Source of the DNA: Vicugna vicugna
Taxonomy: Eukaryota
Length of the DNA: 64,000 nucleotides
Direction of reading: 5' to 3'
Assembly (NCBI GenBank): GCA_013265495.1
Contig: MU058824.1
Coordinates: 2,321,111-2,385,110, forward strand
This document shows, piece after piece, positions 1 through 12,900 of the stretch. Both the position numbers and the translations under genes were made by a program. The notes beneath the pieces are model-generated. The model worked only from the letters and a program-made list of their open reading frames with translations, made no database searches and was not told the origin of the DNA. Each line of letters opens with the position of its first letter. The stretch's first letter is position 1.

Positions 1-1030
1 TTTTTTTCTGAACCATTGAAGGAGTAGATTGTTTACATCACCACCCTTTATGCCTAAATACTACAGTGTATTTCCTAAGAATAGGAATATTCTCTTACAG
101 AATGAAATTATAGTATTGATTTTTTAATCTCATCTGTCATCCCTGTTCCAGTTAAGTTGACCCAGTTATGTCCTGTGTGGTTTTTAATTCCAGTACAGGA
201 TACAGTCTACGAGCAAGTATTAGCTTTAGGTACTGAGTCTTTCTAAATTTATTCTGGAATATTCCCACAGCCTTTATCATTTATGACATTGACATTTTGG
301 AAGAAGTCTCTTCCCTTTTCCTGCCTGCCTTTTTAGAAGCAATGTTTTACATTTGGGGTTTTTCTGATGTTTCTTGATGGTTAGACGCAGGTTAGTCATT
401 TCAGGCTGGGGACAGTACATAAATGATACGCCTCTTCCCAGGATCACGTCTGGAGACATGTGCCCTCAGTGGTGATGTTAATACGCATTTTTGATTTGAT
501 AAGCAAAAGACCCCTGTAAGACCAGGCACATGTCCTGCTTTTCCTCAACACTTCCCCTTAGATTCAGTAACCATCCGTGGATGGTTCTTCCCCAAACCAG
601 TCTTTGGTATGCTGGTTGTTAAAATTGTTTGCTAACATCAGTGCTCCCTCCACATTTAACCAGTTGGAAGCCAGCATTCTGTCCCATCCCTTCCCCCCTT
701 TATTACTGGTATGGATTCATTCACTCCTATTATTCTCAATGGCTTTTGGTTCATTTCTGTCCTTAATTATTTTGGTGCTCAAATTAGTTGTCTCAGATTT
801 GGGCCACTAGGAGTGTCTTCAGGCTAGCTCTTGCGTCCTTGTGACATATCGTCATCATTCTTTGAGCACTTCTGCTTTCTAGCTCAAAACACATGTAAAT
901 CTGTATCTATAATTAAAACCTTGAGTTCACATTGATAGACTCAGTTCTAATCTAGAATTCTAGTGCTCCTTTTGGTTTTCTCCCTTTCTGTACTTGTAAC
1001 TCCCTTCTCTGACAGTGAGAAACCTGACTT
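1..1030 (-). mobile_element. Old L1 (L1MC/L1ME-like) 3' region
   Basis: Resembles the L1MC-type 3' end (cctaaatactacagtgtatttcctaagaa...ttctcttaca); similar sequence recurs at 46.0-47.5 kb and 57.6-58.2 kb. Confidence 0.55.
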
Positions 1031-1924
1031 AAGTGTCCTTTATAATATGTATAGTTATCTGATGAATGACCCTGAAGATAACAAATTTCTCTTCACTGTT
1101 GCTGCCGCCGGTGTAGGAGACCTTCCTTACCGTTTTCTTGGGGCTCCCCCACCCTCCCACAGATGCCTGCTTTACTTGCTCCACTTCATGGCTTTTTAGG
1201 ACTAGATTGTTCAGGCGGGGAAAGGAGGGCAAGAAAATACAGATGTACCAGTATTTTAGTACTTCCTTACTTTCTAGCACAAGTTTTTCCAGGAATATCT
1301 AGTAAATACTAAAGATACGGCTTTATTGTTGTCATTATGTATCTTGATAGATTAGCTGAAGAATAGTGGGGGGGAGACATAAAATCAGTATAAAACCTTC
1401 TGTTCAGTTGTGACCAGTTATGGCTAGTAAGCTAGATTTTTAAGTATTCTCTTTTAGTGTTAATAATTTTCTTCTGTCTCTTCCTAAGTTCACGTAATGC
1501 TCAAACTAGGCAGAATTTGGGTTAGCTTAACAGTGACTGGGATGCAGTCAGATGTTGAGAGATTTTCTTAGTGGGGTAGTAAAGGAAAAGTGGCCAGGGT
1601 ACCTTGCATCAGAACAAAGCAGAAGGGGAGGTATTGGAATTCAAATGGGAGACATTGCCCTGTCATTATCTGAAACCACGGTTTTGGTCAGCATATCATT
1701 TATTTTTATTCAGAAAATATTCTAAGGTAAAATAAAAAATTTAAAGATAATGGGTAGTTCAGATTATGTCTAGAAAAATTAGGCTCTTCAGAATGAGAGG
1801 ATACAGAAACAAAGAGGTGGATGAACGTGATTTTCTCCCTAGTCTAGAAACTATCCAGAGCTGTACACATTGAAGCTTGAAAAGAAAGTCTCAGATGAAG
1901 TGCTTCATACTGAAGGGATGAAAA

Positions 1925-2120
1925 GGTGGCCCAGCTCAGTGGTTAAAAACGTGGACTGAGCTGGACTGTGCCTGTTTGACCTTAGGCAAAACTTACTTGC
2001 TTTTCTGTGCCTTAGTTTACTCATGTAAAATTGGAATGACAGTTGTACTTATATCAAAGGATTGTGAGGATTAAATGTGTTCATATAAAATGCTTAGAAC
2101 AGTGCCTGATACATAGCCCT
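1925..2120 (+). mobile_element. MIR SINE
   Basis: MIR core: tgtttgaccttaggcaa...tgtgccttagtttactcatgtaaaat...gtgaggattaaatg...cttagaacagtgcctg. Confidence 0.75.
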
Positions 2121-3227
2121 ATTTGCTTGCTTATCCTCATGATATAATAAAGGCTGAAAATACAAAGATTCAAGTAGTATTTTGATAATTTATCATAGAT
2201 CTAAAATGGATTAAAGAAAGTGGAATTGGTGTACATTGATTTTTGTGGTTGAGATTTGGAAGATAATGATCATACTCTCCCTTAGGTAGTGCTGCTGTCA
2301 AAGACAGTGCTGGGCTCGATGGATCCTTGGTCAGAGTAGAAAAATGTGAAGTTATTGTTGCTTTTTATTCATTAAACTAGAAACTGAAGTTTTTAGCTTG
2401 TTAATTTCTAGTTAACACGGAGCCCTGGGTTTCTTCAGGTAACAGTGCCATGTGAACTTTAGAATGTCATCAACTAAGTTGCTTTTCAAAGCATCCAACG
2501 TAATTCTTTTCTCTGTAAGAATGACATTTTAATAAATGTAGTGGAAAAAATTGTAAACATTGGAATGAATGACCTGGGTTCCCATGCTATCTTTGCTCAG
2601 TTTCCCTACTTGCAAAATAAAATGAAGTAAAAGAAAAACTCTGGTTCTTCCCAGCTCTTAGTAGTGATTCTTTTATTTAGGTTGTACTTTGCAGTAATTA
2701 TTAGTAATATGTCTCCTAAAATATTGCTCTTATTTTATAGGAAAAAGAATTTAATAGCCACAAGGTCAGTTACACAAGCAGGTTTTCTAAGATGAAACAT
2801 CAGCCAAATTCTTGGCTTTCTAATTTTCTTGCAAGAAAAGCCTGACTTGCCTCTCAAGAGACTTACAAGGAACTTAAAATGTTCCTTATCCTCACTCATC
2901 CCGGCTGACTCCCCTTTCCTGCCATGGCGTCCTGTTTTTCATAGTCACCTGCTTGAAAAAACCCTATCTTTCACTTGTCTTCTGAATCTGGTCTTTTGCT
3001 GTTCCTCTAGCCCACATACCCCATTTCTGAATCTCTCATATCACCCTACTCCAACGACCACATGAATGATTTTGCAGGCCAAGCTAGTTAGTGAAGTAAG
3101 AAATTAAGTTTCCCAAGTTTGTATAATCAGTCTTGATCTGTTTAAATTTAAGGTAAACCACATTTGATTTAAACACACGCACGTGTATACACACGGCTGA
3201 AAGCCTGACATTTTTGGATTCAGTTGA

Positions 3228-3416
<189 letters not shown>

Positions 3417-3981
3417 TTTTTAGTTAAGTGATCTGTTTTACATTTAGATACATTTAGATAATCCTGTTTAAAATTCACCAAAATGTCTTCATAGATGAGA
3501 GAAACACTTGTATAAATAATGCTTCAATAATTATAAATGTTAGGGCTTAAGAGCAAGTTTCAGTTAAGGTCCAGCAGGTCTGGCTGTGGGTAAAATACTG
3601 GGTCTGTGACCATTTTTCTACAATAGGGATGGGAGCTGAGCAGTAGAAAGTGGGTTCAGAAGTGTGAGGTTAGAGCTAAAACTGAGAAATAAGCAACCAA
3701 GGTAAACCCTAAATTGGGGTAGCAGGAAGTTTTTTAGTAAAGGCAAAAGCTGACTGATGTGGATTCTTATTCCAAGAAACAGCCCAGACGGTGGTAGACC
3801 ACCGCACAGCAGAGGCCATGCCAGGTCTTCCAGACTGTTCCTGTCTCCAGGTCAGGGAGTGGGGAGCTATTGCTGGGACAAGTCCTGACTGGTAGCAACA
3901 TACAGGGAGTTGTGGGAGTCTGATCGTGTCTTCTGTATCCTTAGGGTTTACTACTGTAGAGACCTTAATATTGAAATATGG

Positions 3982-4019
3982 ATTAAAATGATTAAACAGC
4001 TATACTGTTGTTGATTAAA
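3982..4019 (+). terminator. XPA: Candidate XPA polyadenylation signals (ATTAAA x3)
   Basis: ATTAAA at 3982, 3991 and 4014, ~570-600 nt after the XPA stop; use is inferred. Confidence 0.4.
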
Positions 4020-6089
4020 GAAAGTAGTGATAATAAGTTGATCACAACTTGCTAACATTTACTGAGCATTACTGTGTGCCAAGCGAGCACCATGCTAAGT
4101 GCCTTACTACAGGTGCATCTAACCCTGGAGGGAAGGAGGCTTGCTCTTGCAACCTGACTTCACCCCAGACCCCTGGACTAAGTTTAGTCAGATATCCCCC
4201 ATCTTGCCAAAAGGATAACAGGGCATTTATATCTACTCAGAGGATTTGATCCCATGTGTTGATTACAGGGTCTATGCATTCTTTGATAAAAACAAATTCA
4301 GATTAAGTAAAGTAGATATTTTCAAGTTGTTCTTTGATGTAGCTTTTTATCCTACTGCTACAAATAGGAAATTTTTATACATTTTCATTTTTCTGTCTAG
4401 ATCAGTTCTTGGAGTTGTGCTTGAAGGAAGGCAAAAATCAAAACAGGTCAAGCCCAAATATAGTACTAATTGTTCTCTATATAAGTGTTCAGTATGCTAA
4501 TGTTTAATATATATATTGAGTGTTGACTTTGTGTTACGCTAAATATTACAGCTCAGTAAAAACTGATTCTTAATGGGCAGCAAGACATTCTTGGGACAAA
4601 AAAAGGTACCAGCTTGATGACAGAGTAACTAAGGGTTCAGATTCTACTTACTACCTTAGGTAAGTTATTCCATGGGCCTATGTGACCTGTCAGGTGGACA
4701 TAATAATCTGTCTAAAGACTGTTGTGAGGGTTAAATATGGTGAATCTATATAGCACTTGGCACATAACGGTCACTTGTTAACAAGCACATATTATCAAGA
4801 CCGGTTTAGTTATAGATTTATTTAGGTAAGGTATGTCTATTCACTCTTCATCAAATTAAGACAGTCCTGGTACCCAAATAGCCAACTCTTTTATTTTTAC
4901 TCTGGTTGCCAAGTTCTGTCCTCATCTTTCAGTTAGTAACTTACACAAATTGTTGCTCAGTACTTTCCAGGAAAAGCAAACTTATCTTCACATGAACTGC
5001 TTTCTGCATAGTTCCTGGAAGGGAGATTTAGAATCAAGGAAAACAAGGATGTTCACTTTGATAAAAGCATGTTAAATGGCTTCAGTACAGTTTAACAGAA
5101 TATTGATATATTGCAAGGTACAGTGTACGGTGACATGCCATTCTTTTGTCTCTCTGGGCTTTATGTGGGAAGAGCAACTGTTGAATGTTTGCTCTTGTAC
5201 CTTTATTTCTTCAAAATTCAATCTCTAGTTCAGTTTTTCTATATACCTAGCAGCCAGGCTGGGACAGAGCAGGGTCACATCAGTGAGCTGCTATAAGAAG
5301 CAACCATTACACATGAAGAGAGGATCCAAGAGAAAGGAGGTGAAAATCTAGGAATTCCTCTAGGATCTGGATCAAGTAAGTATAACTAGCCAAACTCTCA
5401 TAATGTAGTGCAAAGGATTACAAAGCAGCTTAGGGTCAAAGTTATCAAAGCCTTACAATGCTTATCCTTTAGCTTCTTGAGGACAGGAGCCATTTCTAAT
5501 TAATGACATAGTTTGTGGGAAGGAGGAACAGTACAAACAGAAGAACATGCAGCTAAGAACCTGGATTTTAGTCCCCTTTCTGCCAGTAATTTGCCATGCT
5601 GCCTTAAACTTGTGAGTACTTCTTGTTCTTACATGGCATGGTGTTTAAAAATCCTAGGAATTCTCATCTATTGTGAAGATTATAGTCTGTAGTCACTGAA
5701 TGTAAACCAAAGAGACCCATGTATCAATATGGAAAATGCTTAATGTATCATTACATACTTATGATACACTAAATTAAAAAAGATACCTATATTGTACAAA
5801 TGCACAGAAATACTACTAGTTGTGGAATTATTGGTAAATTTTTTCAAAGGTTTAATGAAAAATTCTAAAAATGCTAGAAATTTGGAATGTCAGATAATCC
5901 CTTGTGTGTTATTTTACAATGTACTAGTTAAGTCTCAACACCAGATAGGAAACAGGCTCAGAAATTAGTAGTTACGTGGACCAGATTGCATAGAAATAAA
6001 ATCCAACCCTACATTGAATGCCAAGTAAATATAGTTTTAGTCAATCTAGCTACTTCTAACATCACTTTAGTATGTAACTCACTATATGA

Positions 6090-6262
6090 CCTTGGACAGC
6101 TCAGTCTCAGATTTGAAAACCTGTACACACTGCAATTACCTGGGAGCCTTAACTACCAATGATGTCTGTGTTCCACTCCCAGAGACTCTGGTTTAATTTA
6201 AAAAATTACTTCAGAGATTCCCTGGTGATGTATATCCAGACAAATCTGGAACTGTTACTCCA
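6090..6262. mobile_element. MER5-like hAT-Charlie MITE in NCBP1 3' region
   Basis: aattacctgggagcctt...ccactcccagagactctggtttaatt...cctggtgat resembles MER5A. Confidence 0.5.
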
Positions 6263-6438
6263 GGCAGTAACACTTTTTAATAACAGTAGTGTCTTAAAAT
6301 ACTATACTTATGAAAAATATCTTGAAGAGAAAACTTCAGATGGAAGTAAGTATACTTTCAGTAAGTAACCACCAATTTTAATGTTGACTGAGATGATAAA
6401 TCATTGAGATACCAAAGTTTAAAAAACATATTTTTAGT

Positions 6439-6444
6439 TTTATT
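6439..6444 (-). terminator. NCBP1: Candidate proximal NCBP1 poly(A) signal AATAAA
   Basis: AATAAA on - strand ~390 nt past the stop; further copies at 5202, 4890 and 4817. Confidence 0.4.
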
Positions 6445-6829
6445 TCAGCCATGTTAGGTTATCCATGAGCTGTAAGAAGCTATGCTACTTAATAATAAAC
6501 CCATCAGTTCTATGTACTACTTTGTAAGCTTGACACCTAGTGTTCCGCATACCTCAAATTAGTTATCTTTTGTGCCATAAGGAAAAAATATATCAGAGAA
6601 AAGTTGTATCTGTCACATATATAATACACCTATGGTCATCATCACATTATTGTTATTTTAGGGGCAGTTAAAGGTAAGGTAATACCATTTTCACTGTCCT
6701 TCAACTCCTGTTTCCTTTAGTAAGTGAAAGGATGCTACAAGAAAGCAAGCATTCAAACCATCAAAACTAAGACAAGTTATTGTGAGATTTAAAAAAAAAA
6801 AACTTGACATTAAGGGGGAAAAATGACTG

Positions 6830-6943
6830 TTAGGCCTGCAGGGCACAGAACTGCTGGAACACAGCCAGGATATGTGGGTCTAATTCAGCAGTGAAGAGCA
6901 GGTTCTCCAGGGTGACCATGTATTGCTGGATTATTTGGTGATG
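6830..6943 (-). CDS. NCBP1: NCBP1 exon 23 (coding part)
   Basis: [40 protein letters not shown]. Confidence 0.96.
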   Translation of the reverse strand, partial: HHQIIQQYMVTLENLLFTAELDPHILAVFQQFCALQA

Positions 6944-9900
6944 CTGTGGACACAGGAAAAAGGGTAAATGTTTAGGCCAAGAAAAAGAGCACTAAGCCAT
7001 CTCGCAGAACATTCCCCTCAGCAGCTCCCCGCACTGTGGAATGACAGGACCAAGCAGGAAAAAAGAGTGTGCCGACTGGAGTTACGGCCCCTAAAAACCC
7101 CCAACATTAATAAAATGTAGGGGGAAATAAGAAAAAAGGATATTCAATAACTTAAATCCAGTCTGGCCTGCTTCTGCGTAATGCAATTCATGCGTCAAGG
7201 TAGTGGCAACAGCATGTGCTGCTACTACTGTTACAGACTAGGTCCAGCCGTGTCTCTCCTAATTAGGACAAAATACAATATGATGTTTAAAAGTTACCCA
7301 GACAGGGACTAGGAAGATTAAAAAAGACAGGGAAGGCGGTGTACATTACAAAATAGGAATGGCACAATGTTATTTGTTAATTAACCATACTTAAAAATCA
7401 TGGTCTCTGAAACGTAAGAAAAATTTTGGAAACATTTCCTTTTCTTTGCTTTTTTTTGGATTAGAACATTATTAAACAGATTTTTTACACAATTAACCAA
7501 TGGTCTGTTATTCTACAAAAACCCATGCCTCATTTATCTTACTGAAAATCAGTGACTTGTTGAGCCTAAGTGGAAAAAAGTATCAGAAAATGGAATACTC
7601 TCTTCTGTGTGCACATATATAATCTTTAATATACTCAGATTCCTATAGGACTAGAGGCTGTTAAAAATTCTTTTTAATTTGACAGTATCTAAAGATCTAG
7701 AGTGAAGTTCTATTTGGAGGCCTGAACTTTTTTTTCCCCTTTATGTCTTCTGCTTTAATCACTCTTCTCGAGATCAAACAAATAAGGAGTTGGGATGTTT
7801 AGTGCCCAAAGATACCAAGGATTAGTCCCCTAGCAGAGAGCAGGTGTTGCATTTTGCTTTCTATGAGGACCTCAGGGGACTTAAATAGTACCCCTAGAAG
7901 CAACGACATCATTTGAACATTAGATTCCAATTACTGTTCCCTTAGCATTTACCCCCCACATTTTGTATTACAGCTAGGCTTTCCAGCAAAGATGGCAATT
8001 TGGAGTCTGAGTGAGATAGAGCCAATTTAAGCCTAAATATTCTGATGAGCAGCACTAGGAGCAAATGGATATGAACTAAAGGGATTACAGGTACGACATA
8101 ACCTCCTGACAGATTTGATGAAAATGGAAAACCCTTGTGGCTAAGAATAGTGATATTAGTATTATCTAATCAAAGTTTTACACAAACCTGTAAGAAGATC
8201 TGCTGGAGCCTCTCTATACAGTTCTTATACCACGGCGTTAATACACTGGTCCCATCAGTTTCACATCGTACTAAGTGCTCGGTCAAGATCATGATAAAAC
8301 GCTGGAAATGGGGTACAAATTTCCAGAGGTGTTAGAGGGAGAATTTTATACTTCAGAAACAATCACATTTTGACCAAGAGACCTCAAAGGTACTGCTTGT
8401 TCCACTATCTTTGTGGCATGTATCCCTAGCCGTCACAAAATTAATACTGTCAGTGTAGAAAGGCAGACCAGTGACAACATGAGTTAGTACATCCTTTCTG
8501 GCAATACATGAAGACCTTTAATGTCCAGATTACTTACGCTAGTAATTTTTCTTAGCACCTATTCTAAAGACATAATCAGAAATGTTAACAGGAATGTGTA
8601 CACAAAAATATCCATCAGGATGGAAAACAGTCATCTAACTAGATCAACAATTGGAAATAAATATGAAAGAGGTATTTAACAAAGAATCCCCAAGGTTTTT
8701 TTTGTTTTTTTAAAGCGTGGAGAAATGCTCATGCAAGAATGCTAAGTAAACAACAGAATTTAGAGGTAAACATGGTTATCTCCAAATAGTGAACTCTATT
8801 TCCCTTGTAAACTTTTATGGTCTTATAAAAGAGCATGTATTACGTTTATGATTAAAAACTATTTTTTTAAAAACTAAAGAATTGTAATTTTCTTTGTACT
8901 TATCAATGTCCCAAGCCAAGATACCTGAAATATGACAAGGAAGAGATTCTTTTGTTCACTCTGAGCAGATTCCACTTTTTCCTGCAGTCTTTCTATTTGT
9001 TCCTCAAGAGCCCCATCTTTCCTGTCACTGCTTCTGTCGTCATCATCACTTCGCTACAGAAATGCAAAGGAACAAAAGGAAACCACCATTTAGAATTCCA
9101 GTGTATTAAATCCCATCAAGTAAACAGGAGAGTTTTACTGTCTCTGGTCAAATGCTATTTGAAGACTTGTATGCTATAGTAAAAGTACTCCACTGTCCCA
9201 GACACACAGGTGTACACCCAAAGTCCTGTGGGTGCTTATCTAGGTCAGGGAAATTCAGTGGTACTTACCTTGGGTGACGATGGTAGGAGTGTTTGCAGAA
9301 GTCAGTTATGCCTTTTACAAGATAGCCCATTCGAGGAGGAAACGTGTCACGTTTTCCCTCCATTCAAAATGAAAACAGCTTTGAGCTCCATGGAAAACAT
9401 ACAGTTGATTGTTACTCACCATAGTTATGTTTTATGAAATTGCCATGAACCCTGAGTTAGTGAATGCTGAGCCCCTGCTCCTAGAGGAAATATAGGGTTA
9501 GGTTCTTGGGAGCCTCTTACCACAACACGTTCACCAACTGATACACAAACCTTGTCTGCTGTGTGTTTCTGTTTTAAAGATATGTATGTCTGATAAATAA
9601 TTATATACAGTAATTGCTTTATACCAAAACACTAGCTGAGGGGGATTTAACATTTTTCTGACCTTGAGTAACGTAGCCATAAATTTCCTTGGCTTTCAGC
9701 CCCACAAGAATGTTGTCCACTATGCTTTTTTAAAAAATTGGTCGTCATCTCATGAATCCACAAATGTAGTAGCAGCTTCTCCATCTTTTCCGTCACTTCA
9801 TCACAGACTAGATGTTACTTTAGTACTTGGGAAGCAGCCTCATGTACAGACTGGTGAATCTCCTCTTCCCTCTTCTGGATGTATGTGTGACACTGCTGAT

Positions 9901-12900
9901 TCATGAACACTGAACTCACGGCCAACAGCACAACAACTCATGCCTGAAGGAAGCTTACCTAATATATACTTTTCGCATCAGGCACATCATAGCCTTCCTG
10001 TGCTTAGAAACACTAGACAGCCCGCAGCCCTAGGCTTAAGGGTCATTTTAAACAGTGAAATCAACAAAAAGCCCAGCACAAACATGAAAAATGTAGCACT
10101 AATATACCACGAAAAGGACACTCTTAACAGTATGAGAAGTGAAACAGAGAAGGCAGAGTGTTGTCTTGTTCTTGTTTGACCTCGGCTGGGAACAAGCCCA
10201 CTGGGCAGCTCAAATTTTTTTTTGCTGCTCAACAAATGACTGGGAAAGCACTTCATTCTGTATTGGGGTAACTAATAAATTTTAGACAGAAGGTAATTTA
10301 AAAAACAAAAAAAGAACCTGCAAATAATGAGGATAGATAATATATTCTTAAAACTGTTTTTCTTAGTTGGCCAGTGGAAAAACCGACAGCATTGGTTTTC
10401 AATCACTAATACATCACTATGTGAGCAGCACCAACAGGGGCACCCTGCTGATCTTTCGTCCCCGAATGGGCCATACAGCAAAGCTGGGCAGGCCCTCGTG
10501 CAGCTGAAGAGGCTGCACATCCCTGAAATAATTCAGAAATGGCTGTGACTGACATAATAAATCAAAGCAGACTGTTCCAGACCCTCTGCTGGCAACGATG
10601 GACTCAGCACACCTCTGTTAAGCTTAAACAATTCCCTACCAGCTTACCCTGAAGAAATTAACAGCATGTGCTTAGGTGTGGGGTTTTTTGGTAAGACGCA
10701 AGAGACAGGCATGATTTTACAGATAAAGGAACAAGCTGAGAGGTTAGATAACTGGTGTCACACAGCCAGCAAGTGGCAGAGCCAGACCCTGACTCCAGGT
10801 GTGTTATGTACTGAGGTCCTTTTAGCAAGAAGGTAGGCATCATCAAACCTAGAAAACTTATTAGTTCCTTCTAGAGAATACTACTGGTAAGGCCCCAGCT
10901 ATGCCAGCCTCTTCCATGCTGCAAGCAAAATGTTTGTTTTTCATTCCTGCTTTTATCTTTAGCACAGCATCTGTTACGGAGTCTAGGCAATGGGGTACAC
11001 ATTTGTCTTTTCCTAACCCTACACTAAGGCAAGGCTCTAGAGCACCACTGCTGATACACCTTATGTGATGAGGGAAACGTTATGTAAATCTGCGCCGCCC
11101 TCACAACCACCACTAGCTACACAGAACTACTGAGCACTTGAAATGTGGTTGGTGTGACTAAGGAACTGAATTTTAAACTGCATTTAAATTTAATTAGCTT
11201 CAAGTTACACGTTGCTAGTTGTTACCCTACTGGATGGACACCACATACCTAGAGAACAGTGCAGCCTGAGGGAAAGCCCCTGCAGTTTGTACATGTATAA
11301 AATGAGGACAACACTGTCTACCCTGCAGTATTTTAGATCTGTACACACGTATGTCTATGTGGAGAGCAGCCCTCGAACCTGCTACAGGTTCATGTAAGTC
11401 ATTAAACTTGCTTTCATCCTCTACTCTAGTAAGCACGCATAACACTGGACAATACTGTCCTGACAAATACCTGCACTGTTTTGCTAAATCACAGCACACA
11501 GCAAGCTCACTGCTTCCACCCAGATGGCTACAATACTAAACTTACTACCATGAGAAGTACTCTGCAGGCCTGGGAATGACTACCCCACACGCCTCACAGT
11601 ACTGGGGACTCGGTGAACACCGAAGGTCTTCTCCGTCTTCCCCTCCTGCATCAGAAACTCAGAAATACGAGTGTCCTCCTTCCTTCTCTTCCCTTTTGGG
11701 AAGGCAAACATGAGACTGACCCAGAGACGGTGAAGTATGGAAAAGGAAGGTTTGCGGCTTCCTAGGCAGGTTCACCACGCAGGGTAACAGCAGACCCCCA
11801 GGACCTTCCTCTTCCCCCTCTTCTACAGACAGCTCTGCAGTGATGCGGTCTCAGAAAAAATAAGTTCCCGTCAAAGTAATGAATATTCTCAAGAGTTTCT
11901 GGTATACCGTCTTTGACCATTCACAGTGGACACAAGACTTACCCGTTTGTGCTGTCTTGCAAGTTTTTCTTTAGCTTCTTCCAGCTCTTTCTGGATCTTC
12001 AGAACATGTTTGTTCATCTTACGAATTGTGGAGTGCAAGATTTCCCAAACAAACAATCTTAAGGTAATAAGACATTTGGTTACTATTTGTCACACTACAC
12101 TTGTAGAAAACAAGATCTCTCAACTTTCATAACCTACTCATTCTTAAGGTCTGACAGAGTCTTCTACTCTTTAGGCAGAATAAGTCACATTTCTCCAGCA
12201 GCACGAGTGATTTTACTTGTACTGTCAACTGTGCAAGCTTCTAGTGCCACTCATTAGAATCAGGTGACCTTCCCGAAGGTAGTATTGGGTTCTTGTCATT
12301 TTTCTTATTTCCATCTCCTACTAGACACACATAGAAGGTATGTGTACATATTCAACAAAATGGAAACCAGAAAAAATACTAACATTAGGAACAAAAATAT
12401 ATTTTCTCCCTTCTAAATTTAAACACAAAGTATTGGAAATTTCTTGAAATGGAAACCTAACCTAAGGCTCATTTCACATGCTTTATACTATTTAGCACAA
12501 ACTCAGCCAGTTCTCTTAGAACGTTTAAGAACCTCATCAGTTGATAACTGTCAACTGTTGGGCTTTAAAGAATGAGCTATTTATGTCATCTACTTTCTCA
12601 GCAAATTGTAGGTGCTTTAAAATGTCTGTGGCATAATTTTTTTTTAAAGTAGCTTCTTTACTACTTTTCTGTCCATAAATTAGATTTCATAATCCCCTAG
12701 GATATACAGCACAGAAGACTGCTTCCTTCTACAGATTTTGATCTGGATCATGAAAGTTTAAGTGGAAGATAATAAAACAATCTGTTCATAAAACTCAAAG
12801 TCTACGATGTTAGCAGACAGGATAAAAGAGCAGAGTACTTTAATTCTGGAGAGGCTGGTCAGGGAAGGCTTTGCAGAGTTAAGAGCTGCAAATATAAACC

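Noticed and set aside
8302..8924. NCBP1 intron 21 donor GTATCTTGG as a second U12 intron
   Set aside because: Deviates from GTATCCTT and has a U2-like CTAAC branch ~30 nt upstream of the AG with no U12 branch.
11546..11645. Possible 100-nt poison exon in NCBP1 intron 20 (AG..GTAAGT on -)
   Set aside because: Weak polypyrimidine tract; such pairs arise by chance and no conservation or RNA evidence is available here.
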